Source: Candidatus Woesearchaeota archaeon
GTDB lineage: Archaea > Nanobdellota > Nanobdellia > Woesearchaeales > JAHJEM01
Assembly: GCA_016929855.1 (NCBI GenBank)
Contig: JAFGHY010000043.1
Coordinates: 1-37,545 of the forward strand
Direction: 5' to 3'
DNA: 37,545 nucleotides
In this document: in pieces, positions 9,412 to 17,594 of the stretch
Position numbering within the stretch: the stretch's first letter is position 1
Layout: each line of letters begins with the position of its first letter
Translations under genes and position numbers: made by a program
Notes under the pieces: model-generated
The model's input: only the letters and a program-made list of their open reading frames with translations
Database searches by the model: none
What the model was told of the DNA's origin: nothing

Positions 9412-10347
9412 ATGCGTCCGAAACTATTGTCAATTGTCGTGCCCGTCTATGATGAGGTGCAGAGCCTTCCGTATCTTGAGAGCAGGATAAGCAAGATTAT
9501 GCTGGAAATGAAGCAGGATTACGAGCTCATTCTAATAGACGATGGGAGCACGGATGGCACTTACAAGAAGATGCTTCAGTTGAAGAAGCTGAACAGGCAC
9601 ATTTGCATAATCAAGTTCAGGAAGAATTTCGGCCAGACTGCCGCCATGGACGCAGGCTTTAAGCTCGCCAAAGGCGAGGTCATAGTGAGCTTGGATGCCG
9701 ACCTGCAGAACGACCCTAGGGACATTCCCCGGCTACTGGATGCCTTGGACAAGGGTTATGATGTTGTCAGCGGATGGCGTGCTGACAGGAAGGACCCTTT
9801 TGGCAAGAAGGTCTTTTCGATTTTTGCCAACAAGTATCGCAAGTGGCTGACTGGTGAGAGGATTCATGATTCCGGTTGCACTCTGAAAGCGTACAGGAAG
9901 GAATGCTTTGATGACTTGGACCTTACTGGTGAGATGCATAGGTTCATTCCTGCGCTGCTGATGTGGAAGGGTTTCAGGATTGGAGAGATACGGGTAAAGC
10001 ATCATGCAAGGAAACTCGGAAGGACGAAGTACAATGTCACCAGGCTTTTCAAGGGTTTCTTTGATATCCTTGTGGTTGTGTTCTGGCAGAAGTGGTCTAC
10101 CAAGCCAATATATTTTTTCGGACTCATAGGTGTGATGATTGAAATGCTTGGAATTCTTCTGGGAGCATACCTGTTTTATCTGAGATTTGTTCTGAAATCG
10201 GGCATCGGCAATCGTCCGCTGTTCACGCTTGATATCCTGCTCATCATACTTGGAGTGCAGTTCATCATCTTCGGTCTGCTTGCTGACATAATGTTCAAGA
10301 ATTACTATAAAGGCACACCTTCCTACAACATTCAGAAGATACTCTGA
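9412..10347 (+). CDS. GT2 polyprenyl(dolichyl)-phosphate glycosyltransferase, GtrB/ArnC/DPM1-type (paralogue of 4164-5120)
   Basis: LSIVVPVYDE, LILIDDGSTDGT, FRKNFGQTAAMDAGF, VSLDADLQNDPRD, VVSGWRADRKDP and GCTLKAYRKE, plus two C-terminal TMs. It is colinear with the 4164-5120 product (RLFKGFFD..., GNRPL...). Confidence 0.85.
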   Translation: MRPKLLSIVVPVYDEVQSLPYLESRISKIMLEMKQDYELILIDDGSTDGTYKKMLQLKKLNRHICIIKFRKNFGQTAAMDAGFKLAKGEVIVSLDADLQNDPRDIPRLLDALDKGYDVVSGWRADRKDPFGKKVFSIFANKYRKWLTGERIHDSGCTLKAYRKECFDDLDLTGEMHRFIPALLMWKGFRIGEIRVKHHARKLGRTKYNVTRLFKGFFDILVVVFWQKWSTKPIYFFGLIGVMIEMLGILLGAYLFYLRFVLKSGIGNRPLFTLDILLIILGVQFIIFGLLADIMFKNYYKGTPSYNIQKIL

Positions 10348-10417
10348 TTAGATTTCTGTATGTTTTGATTCCTGTATGTTTTTTAGGTTTTTATCCGGGT
10401 TATCTCAATCTCTTTTT

Positions 10418-10474
10418 CTATCTTTTTATTAGTCTTCTTTATTAGTCTTCTTATTTTTTCTATCTTTTTATTAG
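10418..10474. repeat. Short direct repeats in a convergent terminator region
   Basis: CTATCTTTTTATTAG occurs at 10418-10432 and again at 10460-10474; the second copy contains the stop and last codons of the minus-strand gene. Between them ATTAGTCTTCTT is tandemly doubled (10429-10452). CTGTATGTTTT is also repeated at 10356-10366 and 10372-10382. Confidence 0.6.
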
Positions 10475-11470
10475 AAGTGCCAGGCCGGTTGTGAGCAATA
10501 CCAGTATCAGAAATAGTGTGTGAATGTAAAGTCCTATGGCAAGTCCTGTCTCAAATACCACTCCGCTTGTCATGAAAAGCAGGGCATATATTATTTCAGT
10601 TGTGCCGTATCCTGCCACGAGGTATGTTGGGAGTATGTTTGACAGGAGCACCAGTCCGACGGCAATCACGACGACGAAGGGGTCTATTGTTGGATTTACT
10701 TCGTGCACGAAGAGCACGTTGACGTACGTCATTATCGTGAAGATGATCATGGTCAGGAAGAGTATGCTCAATGTTTTCCTGTAGTCTTTCAGGTTCTTGA
10801 ATTCCACGACGACTTCCTTGAGTTTCGTGAATCCCCACTTGACGAGTTTGAACTCTTTTATCAGCTTGATATTCATTATCTTGTCGAGTATCTTGACATA
10901 CGTGCTGTTGAGGAATGCCAATGATAGGAGTGCGAGCAGAATCAATGCTCCAACTATTATTATTGCAGGCATCGCGTTCAGTGCTATTTCTGGTTTGTTG
11001 CCAAGCATGATGAGGCCTAAGAAGAAAAGCGATATGACAATCAGGAAGTCAAAGAACCTGTTGATGAGTAAGAGGCCTATTGTTTTTGTCTGCGTTATTT
11101 TCCTTTTGCTCTTAAGAAGTACGAGTATGGATATTTCTCCAGTCCTGAAAGGCAGGATGACATTGTAGAAGTTATGTATGATGCTTATCTTGACCATCTG
11201 CAGCAATGGCACTTGCCTGTCCAGCAGTATGTAGAATCTGGCTCCTTTGGCGATGCTTTGTATCATGTAAAGCGCCCACGTGATAAGAATTATGTATATG
11301 CTCACAGAGGATATCATGCCAGTTATTTCCTGCCATTCTATCTTCCAGATGATAAGTGCAAGAAATACTAATGTGATAAGAGAGTATATCAGCGTCTTTA
11401 TGTTCCTTCGTCTTTTGCTGGAAGGATTTCTTGTCATGCCTTGTTCCTCATTCAATGTTACAGTAATCAT
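10460..11470 (-). CDS. Flippase-like polytopic membrane protein (UPF0104 / LPG-synthase-TM-like)
   Basis: 336 aa with a basic N-terminus (KRRRNIK) followed by about 8 TM helices and no soluble domain. This architecture and its context next to GT-C/GT2 genes fit the flippase-like domain family. Assigned from pattern only. Confidence 0.45.
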   Translation of the reverse strand: MITVTLNEEQGMTRNPSSKRRRNIKTLIYSLITLVFLALIIWKIEWQEITGMISSVSIYIILITWALYMIQSIAKGARFYILLDRQVPLLQMVKISIIHNFYNVILPFRTGEISILVLLKSKRKITQTKTIGLLLINRFFDFLIVISLFFLGLIMLGNKPEIALNAMPAIIIVGALILLALLSLAFLNSTYVKILDKIMNIKLIKEFKLVKWGFTKLKEVVVEFKNLKDYRKTLSILFLTMIIFTIMTYVNVLFVHEVNPTIDPFVVVIAVGLVLLSNILPTYLVAGYGTTEIIYALLFMTSGVVFETGLAIGLYIHTLFLILVLLTTGLALLIKR

Positions 11471-11515
11471 TGAAAATGCTATTCATTCAATCTTATGATT
11501 ATTCTCCTGAATACT

Positions 11516-13393
11516 CTAGATTACTGTTATTGTAGCCATCTCCATGCTTCCTGTGGTGGACTCGTAAGTCCATGTTTTGACTGGTTTGTTCTGGAGAAGG
11601 TCGTTCATGGTTTCCAGGCTGAAATTGCCTCCTTTCTTCAGAATGATGTATACTGGCGCTACTCCTTGCTGGGTCTGCTGTACACCCACTTGGGCCAGCT
11701 GGTAATTGTCCATGATGTACTGCACAGTGTCCGCGACATCAGGGTTCTGGAAGAACTGCAAGCCCCACTGGTAGAACACGACCCATTTTACATTGAGTTC
11801 ATCCTCGACGTAGGTCATGTTTTCATAGTTGGGTATCGCGCCAGATAAGGCTTTCCTGTCTGCGTGCCAGATTAGTCCGTAGTCCTGTCCGCTTGAGTGG
11901 ATTATTCTTTCGTCGGGAAGGCTGTTCATGTTGATGTATTCGCCGATGGCGTCCAATCCTATGAACTGTGTGTTGAACTGCCTGTCTTTCGCTTCCATGG
12001 ATTTTGAGTAGATGCTGTTGTTTTTCGTCGGGAAGAGGAAGACAAGCCAGAGCATGACCACTATCACGAATATTGTCTGGATTGTCCTGACATTGATTTT
12101 TTTCAGGGCATTTTCCTTGACGAGTGATCCGATGAAGTTGCCTATGTGCAGTGAGATGAAATAGATGATGTATGCTATCATGAATATCACGAAGGGCGCG
12201 ATAGGGTACTGGTGGTAGCTGTGTCCTCTCATCTTGTCTGCCGCTATGAAAAGAAAAATTATGCTTGCTATGCCGTATCCAAGGATGAACCTCGCGAACA
12301 TCGATATTTTTCTTGTTTTGTAGAAATTGTAGATTGTGACGCCGAGGAACACGAGCATCCCTCCAAGAGCTGCTTTCCATCCGAATGTCGTGTAGTTGTC
12401 TGCTATGTATGGGCCTAGGTTAGCCCACCATGCTTTTGTGAAGACCATGCTCCCTCCACTGTTGATGCTTGCTGTGACAATGTCTACACCGTATTCTTTG
12501 AGCGCATATTGTGAATACCAAAGCCAGAAGGGAATGAACATTGCTATTACTACGCTAATGATTAGCTCTTTTTTCTTCTGAAGCCACCATTTTGCTTTCA
12601 TCATCTTCCTGTAAGGCAGTGTGAGCAGTATCGGCACTACTGCTATTGCAAAAGAATATTTTGAGACCACAGAGAACATGATGAGTGTGGCGGCAGTTAT
12701 CATATAGCTTGGTTTTTCGTTCTTCAGCCATCTTAGGTAGAAGAAAAATCCTATCATCATCAGCCCGAGAGATGGATTTATTAGTTGGACTTGCCTGCCG
12801 AAGAAGATGAATAATGGGTTCAACGCAAAAAGTCCTGCTGTCAGGAGCGCAAAGCCTTCTTTTCTTGTAAGTTCTTTGATGATTAGGTAAGCTCCTATCA
12901 CTGCAAGCAGGTTAAACAGTATGCTTATGGTTCTTGCGATGGCAAGGCTCGGGCCGAATATCTTGAACATGAACCCTGTGATTATGGAGGTTAGAGGGAA
13001 TGAGTCTGTGTGGGCTCCGCTCGGGTCTCGGTCTATTACAGGATAGTCGAATACAGGTATGAAAAAGCCATGGTTGAAGAAACCGTCTTCTGCGAAGTTT
13101 CTAGCTTCAGTCAGATAATGGGTTTCCTTCCAGTTGTGATAGCCTAATACTGGATAGTCTACATGATAGAACCTCCATGTGGCTCCTATTATTACAATAA
13201 TGGCGAGTATCGCCCAAGGGTAGTATTTTTTGATGATGTCAAGCGAAGTCCTAGTTGAGGTATTAGGTGTGTTCGTTTGTTGTTTTGATGGGATCTCAGT
13301 TTCTGCTTTCTTCCTTTCTTCTTGATCATGATTTTTTTGCACGGGTGTTTGTTCAGATGATTTTTGCTTTGGTTTCTTCTTGTGCTTTTTCAT
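11516..13393 (-). CDS. GT-C fold membrane glycosyltransferase (ArnT/PMT_2, GT39/83-like), second copy
   Basis: 625 aa. It has a Lys-rich N-tail, a first TM, then the loop YHNWKETHYLTEARNFAEDGFF...FPL, more than 10 TMs, and a C-terminal soluble domain of about 150 aa. A 45-nt gap separates it from the downstream flippase-like gene on the same strand. Confidence 0.6.
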   Translation of the reverse strand: MKKHKKKPKQKSSEQTPVQKNHDQEERKKAETEIPSKQQTNTPNTSTRTSLDIIKKYYPWAILAIIVIIGATWRFYHVDYPVLGYHNWKETHYLTEARNFAEDGFFNHGFFIPVFDYPVIDRDPSGAHTDSFPLTSIITGFMFKIFGPSLAIARTISILFNLLAVIGAYLIIKELTRKEGFALLTAGLFALNPLFIFFGRQVQLINPSLGLMMIGFFFYLRWLKNEKPSYMITAATLIMFSVVSKYSFAIAVVPILLTLPYRKMMKAKWWLQKKKELIISVVIAMFIPFWLWYSQYALKEYGVDIVTASINSGGSMVFTKAWWANLGPYIADNYTTFGWKAALGGMLVFLGVTIYNFYKTRKISMFARFILGYGIASIIFLFIAADKMRGHSYHQYPIAPFVIFMIAYIIYFISLHIGNFIGSLVKENALKKINVRTIQTIFVIVVMLWLVFLFPTKNNSIYSKSMEAKDRQFNTQFIGLDAIGEYINMNSLPDERIIHSSGQDYGLIWHADRKALSGAIPNYENMTYVEDELNVKWVVFYQWGLQFFQNPDVADTVQYIMDNYQLAQVGVQQTQQGVAPVYIILKKGGNFSLETMNDLLQNKPVKTWTYESTTGSMEMATITVI

Positions 13394-13415
13394 GACATGG
13401 TCAAACTACGTAAAG

Positions 13416-13423
13416 TATATAAA
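13416..13423. promoter_or_regulatory. Single central TATA box (TATATAAA) in a 53-bp divergent spacer
   Basis: Its centre is about 26.5 nt from the minus-strand ATG (13393) and about 27.5 nt from the plus-strand ATG (13447). Confidence 0.5.
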
Positions 13424-13446
13424 GATTCCCAATTTTGTGTGGTTAA

Positions 13447-14205
13447 ATGCCGTCTAAAAAAACCCATTCCAAACCAGTCAGGATATCATCTAAATCAAAG
13501 GCTGGAAAAGATTATTCTCTGGATGATGTCTGGATAGTTATTCCAGCATTCAATGAGGAGAGCAAGATAGCCAATGTCGTGAGTGCTGTCAAGGAGATAG
13601 GATTCCTCAATACTGTTGTCATTGATGACGGCAGTAAGGACAACACCTATGAGCAGGCCAAAACCGCTTCTAGGCATGTAATCAGGCAGAAGAAGAACAT
13701 GGGGCAGGGCGCTGCACTCAGGGACGGGATCAATTATGCAATAAATAATGGCGCGAAGATTGTTGTGACTTTTGACAGTGACGGCCAGCACAGGCCGCAG
13801 GATCTTAAGCCGCTGATTCAGCCGATTATTGACGGTAAGTGTGATGTGGTGCTTGGCAGTAGGTTCCTGACTAAGGACTCTGTCAAAAAGGTTCCTTTTG
13901 TTAAACGCAACACTCTAAGGTTGGGTACTGCTGTGTGTTTCCTGCTTTATGGTATCAGGCTTACTGACAGCCAGTCCGGCCTGCGGGCTCTTTCTGCAAA
14001 GGCTGCGAAGAAGATACGCATCAGGGAGGACAGGATGGAGCACGCCGCAGAGATTTTCGATGAGATAATGCGCCATAAGCTTTCCTTCCAGGAAGTTCCT
14101 ATAGTAGTGAATTACACTCGTTATTCCATGTCGAAGGGGCAGGGCAGCACTGCCGCGTTCAAGCTAGGCACTAATATGCTGAAGATGAAGTTCAGGAAGA
14201 GATAA
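13447..14205 (+). CDS. GT2 family glycosyltransferase (soluble/peripheral, no TM)
   Basis: VWIVIPAFNEESKI, VVIDDGSKDNT, GQGAALRDG, VTFDSDGQHRPQD and VVLGSRF. The DxD-type motif is present and no C-terminal TMs are seen. Confidence 0.8.
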   Translation: MPSKKTHSKPVRISSKSKAGKDYSLDDVWIVIPAFNEESKIANVVSAVKEIGFLNTVVIDDGSKDNTYEQAKTASRHVIRQKKNMGQGAALRDGINYAINNGAKIVVTFDSDGQHRPQDLKPLIQPIIDGKCDVVLGSRFLTKDSVKKVPFVKRNTLRLGTAVCFLLYGIRLTDSQSGLRALSAKAAKKIRIREDRMEHAAEIFDEIMRHKLSFQEVPIVVNYTRYSMSKGQGSTAAFKLGTNMLKMKFRKR

Positions 14206-14272
14206 ATTGAGAAGACTTGAATTATGGTAATGAGTTAATTCTGGTGATGAGTTTTTTGCTGAGAAAATTTTT

Positions 14273-15427
14273 CTAAAATATTTTACTGGCGTACCTTATT
14301 AGGTTTGGTTCTTTCAATGCGAATTTTGCGAGGAGTTTAATGATGCTGTCCCTGCCGGTGTCTCCAAGTGCTTTGGCGAGGCTGTCTTTTCTGGCAGTTT
14401 CAACGAGCCTGTTCCAGTCATGGTCGCTGAATTTGTTAAACATCTTGTTTAGTCGGTAGTGCAAGTATAGGTCGAGGTTCAGTTTCCTCAGGCTTGAAGT
14501 GTAGTTTTTCCCAGACAGGATTGATTCGCTGAGTGCCTTGGCTGCAGTCATACTTTGGACTATTCCTCCGCCTGTTGTGTTCTTAACCTGACTTGCGGCG
14601 TCTCCTACCAGGAGTACTCTGTACTGCTTGTCGCTGACTGGAATTTTTGGGTTCCATTTTGGTATCATTCCGTTCTGCATTGCTAAGGGTTTGATAGGTT
14701 GGGATGGTCGAGGCGGTTTGAATGTTGTAGGTTTGATTGTTGTAGGATTACTGATGTGCTGTTTGGTGTATTGTCTGATGAAGTCATCAAAGAGTCTTTT
14801 TGCTGTGCTGGTTGGCGCGGCGATTCCTATTCGTGCATTGCCGTCTCCTTCTGGTACTGCCCAGGCGTATTCTCCGATGTGCGGGAAGAATTCTATGTCT
14901 GTGAGGTCTTTTACCTTGTAGGTGCCTTGCAGGCCTATCAGATTCTCATGGTTCTTGTACAGGCCGAAAAGGTGGGCTGTTGTTGAATTCGGGCCGTCGG
15001 CGCCTATGAGCTTGCTGAATTTGACTGTCTGAAGCTTTTTTGTTCTTGTCTCGAGAAGCTGGATATCCTGGCCTTTCCTTGCGTGCAGTCTTACTCCTGT
15101 TACGATGCGGGCACCTTTTTTTTCAGCAACGTGTGCAACACTTTGGTCAAATAAAGTCCTGTCTATGACAACATTTGGGGTCTTAAATCGCACTCTGACG
15201 GCTTTTTTATTGGGGCCGATGATTCGCGCGTATTTTATGGTGTTCTTGATGCACTTTTTCGGAGGTTTAAACAGCGGATTGATGGCCTCTGAAAGGAGGC
15301 CTGTGCACTGGACTGGTTTGCCGATTTCCTGGTGCTCTTCGTAGATGACTACGTCCTCTGCGCCTTGCTTGGCTATGTTCAGGCCTGCAAATGCACCTGC
15401 AGGTCCGCATCCTATAATGGTGATCAT
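14273..15427 (-). CDS. FAD-dependent geranylgeranyl reductase family oxidoreductase
   Basis: N-terminal Rossmann motif MITIIGCGPAGAFAG, IGADGPNS, and LLVGDAASQVKNTTGGGI, typical of archaeal GGR. A Pro/Thr/Lys-rich segment (NPTTIKPTTFKPPRPSQPIKPL) maps to nt 14684-14749. Confidence 0.8.
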   Translation of the reverse strand: MITIIGCGPAGAFAGLNIAKQGAEDVVIYEEHQEIGKPVQCTGLLSEAINPLFKPPKKCIKNTIKYARIIGPNKKAVRVRFKTPNVVIDRTLFDQSVAHVAEKKGARIVTGVRLHARKGQDIQLLETRTKKLQTVKFSKLIGADGPNSTTAHLFGLYKNHENLIGLQGTYKVKDLTDIEFFPHIGEYAWAVPEGDGNARIGIAAPTSTAKRLFDDFIRQYTKQHISNPTTIKPTTFKPPRPSQPIKPLAMQNGMIPKWNPKIPVSDKQYRVLLVGDAASQVKNTTGGGIVQSMTAAKALSESILSGKNYTSSLRKLNLDLYLHYRLNKMFNKFSDHDWNRLVETARKDSLAKALGDTGRDSIIKLLAKFALKEPNLIRYASKIF

Positions 15428-15450
15428 GACAGTTTGTAGGCTGGGCAGGG

Positions 15451-15460
15451 TTAATATAAC
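15451..15460 (-). promoter_or_regulatory. TATA box (GTTATATTAA on the minus strand) for the reductase gene
   Basis: Centre is about 28 nt upstream of the start codon at 15427. Confidence 0.45.
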
Positions 15461-15604
15461 TATTTATTTTCTATATAGTAGTTTATTACTTCATCCGCTG
15501 CAAAAAAGCCGCAAGCAGCAAGAATATTGGATGTCGGGGATTAGGTGTCAATGATTACTTTTAATTTCAAATTTATCACTCACAAGTAACAATTTATCGA
15601 AACA

Positions 15605-15612
15605 TTTATATA
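15605..15612 (+). promoter_or_regulatory. TATA box TTTATATA upstream of the surface-protein operon
   Basis: It lies about 59 nt upstream of ATG 15668, so this mRNA would carry a leader. It is bracketed by the inverted hexamers AGTAAC (15585-15590) and GTTACT (15616-15621). Confidence 0.4.
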
Positions 15613-15667
15613 TGAGTTACTACTAATGAGAGCTAACTCGCATTGTTGATATTATGCTGGTAATATT

Positions 15668-17584
15668 ATGGTATTAAAGCCTTTTCACAAAGGGTTATTG
15701 GGGGATAAAATGGTTTTTGATGGACTCACAGGAAAAGTCAAGAAAGCTTGGAATGATATGAGAGAAAATGTTCTTATTGTTAATGCCTTGCGTGCAGTTC
15801 CTTATGTAATGATGCAGTTGGCCGGTGGCCAGATTTCTTCAGCCGTGGCTGACCCTGATAGTGGGTCACAAAAAGCTTACGATACGATGAAGAACATGAA
15901 TGCTCAAACGCCTATAGAACATGTTGCAGGGGTTCCCATCACCTGCCTTGGTGATATGGAGAAGTTCCTCGCAGAGCTGAAGGCAGCTAATGAGAAGGCT
16001 GAACAGGAAGCACAAGAATCAGGTGAAGCAGAAGGTACTTATGAACTGCCAACGCAAAAAACTGCTGAAACAGCACCCAGCCATCAGGCAGCTCCTTCTG
16101 ATATCAAAACACCTTCTGATTTGAAGGATCATGATCCTATTTCTGTACATACTAGACTCCCGGTATTTGAAGAGACTTTTGTGAATGGCAGCGGCCTTGA
16201 AGATGCTGTCGTGAACAGCATTCTTGTTTATGGTGCGGGTCCGAGACCGCAGAGATTGTTTGCAGGTCCTGACGGAAGGTTCCCTACACTCACAGTCACT
16301 GAAGATCAGGCGCCAAATGTGAGGGTGTACATTGAGGGCAGTGGTCCTAATGGTTCTGTTATGGATTTCATAACCTATGACTCGGAAGGAAGGAAGGTTG
16401 TCGTTGACACTGGCGGTTTTGCAGGAACGCTTGATTGTGGATCGAATGATTACTTTGCAGTCGTTGAGTACGCTGGAATGGGTGCAAGAGTGCTTGCTAG
16501 CGTGGAAGGAAATATTGATGTAGAATGCGATGGAAAGCCAGTTAAACACGAGAGGGCTCAGCCGCCTATGTCCGGAAGGACTGTGTATCAGACCAACAAT
16601 TGGAATATTGTGATTAACGGTTCCGGTGACCATGAGAAGAGACAAGAGAGGCCTGTCTGTCATGAGCCTAAGCCCGAAGGTAAGTCAGGAGGTTCATGGT
16701 TTGTCGGTGGGGGTATGTTATTCGAGGACAACGAGAAGAGCATGCACCACACAGGTATTGATTATTCTATTGATTCAGACCAGGATGTTAAGGGTTGGAC
16801 ATTCGGAGCAGGAGGTTCGGGAAGGTTCACTATGCTTAACGGTAATGGTGCTTACGGCGCTGTCGAGCTGGACGTTAGTTCAGTAAGAGGTGACGGTAGC
16901 AGGACAGAGACTCTTGATGATGTTAAGCTTGACTTTCCAGAGACTTACAAGAATACTCAATCCAGCCTTTCAGTTGTTGGCGGATTCAGTCCTGGCGACG
17001 GTCCGGTTTGGATTGGCGGCAGCATTGACTTTGTCAATGCCTGCCATGAGTATGATCGCGGGACGTTGAACGAGCATGGCGAGTACGACCATGACGTCAC
17101 AAAGAGTGAGGAAGGCGGCGTACGCGGAGGGATAGCAGTAGGTGCGGGTATTCCTGGAGGCGCCAGCAATCACATTGCTTTTGTCTATAATCCTTGGGAG
17201 AACATAAGGGTTGACCAAGGGCATGGCATTGCAGGATATGATGTCGACCATAATGGCTGGCACGTCTTCGGTCAAGTCGGCGGCAGCATTTCTGACGATG
17301 CGAAGCTGTTTGTCAACGGTGAATTTGAAAAGGTTGCTACTGAATATGACAGAGGACATGAAGGCAGGTCCGACCAGTGGGAGTCAGACGGCTTCAGGTA
17401 CACTGATGAAGGCTACAAAGCAGGAGTTGGTGCAGGCCTGTTCTTCAGCAACGGCATTCACCTTTATGCTAATGGAACCTACTCAGATGTTGACCGTGAC
17501 ATATTTGACGGAAATCCTGTCTGGGAAGGAACTAATGAAGGTTGGAGTGCATCAATTGGAATTAATTATTACGGAGATTTTTAG
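15668..17584 (+). CDS. Hypothetical 638-aa protein with a Gly/aromatic-rich beta-strand C-terminal half ending in Phe
   Basis: Long ORF with no competing frame. An alternative start at ATG 15710 is preceded by GGGGGA. There is no clean signal peptide, only the weakly hydrophobic LIVNALRAVPYVMMQLAGGQISSAVA. An acidic/Pro-rich linker is followed, from about residue 339, by roughly 13 alternating-pattern strands, ending ...GWSASIGINYYGDF. Confidence 0.6.
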   Translation: MVLKPFHKGLLGDKMVFDGLTGKVKKAWNDMRENVLIVNALRAVPYVMMQLAGGQISSAVADPDSGSQKAYDTMKNMNAQTPIEHVAGVPITCLGDMEKFLAELKAANEKAEQEAQESGEAEGTYELPTQKTAETAPSHQAAPSDIKTPSDLKDHDPISVHTRLPVFEETFVNGSGLEDAVVNSILVYGAGPRPQRLFAGPDGRFPTLTVTEDQAPNVRVYIEGSGPNGSVMDFITYDSEGRKVVVDTGGFAGTLDCGSNDYFAVVEYAGMGARVLASVEGNIDVECDGKPVKHERAQPPMSGRTVYQTNNWNIVINGSGDHEKRQERPVCHEPKPEGKSGGSWFVGGGMLFEDNEKSMHHTGIDYSIDSDQDVKGWTFGAGGSGRFTMLNGNGAYGAVELDVSSVRGDGSRTETLDDVKLDFPETYKNTQSSLSVVGGFSPGDGPVWIGGSIDFVNACHEYDRGTLNEHGEYDHDVTKSEEGGVRGGIAVGAGIPGGASNHIAFVYNPWENIRVDQGHGIAGYDVDHNGWHVFGQVGGSISDDAKLFVNGEFEKVATEYDRGHEGRSDQWESDGFRYTDEGYKAGVGAGLFFSNGIHLYANGTYSDVDRDIFDGNPVWEGTNEGWSASIGINYYGDF

Positions 17585-17588
17585 GAGG
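17584..17588 (+). promoter_or_regulatory. Shine-Dalgarno GGAGG for the 759-aa gene
   Basis: GGAGG overlaps the upstream TAG (17582-17584) and sits 6 nt before ATG 17595, which implies translational coupling. Confidence 0.6.
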
Positions 17589-17594
17589 TTGAGA

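Noticed and set aside
16019-16663. 214-aa minus-strand ORF inside the 638-aa gene. Similar shadow ORFs occur at 17598-18059, 18483-18995, 30500-31135, 32316-32882, 11823-12380 and 3088-3573.
   Set aside because: All are nested in, or antisense to, longer ORFs with better coding features. None has a recognisable motif.
17211-17594. N-terminal extension of the 759-aa gene (the ORF track starts at 17211)
   Set aside because: The extension overlaps the last 374 nt of the upstream gene in another frame. A textbook signal peptide begins at ATG 17595, with GGAGG 6 nt upstream.
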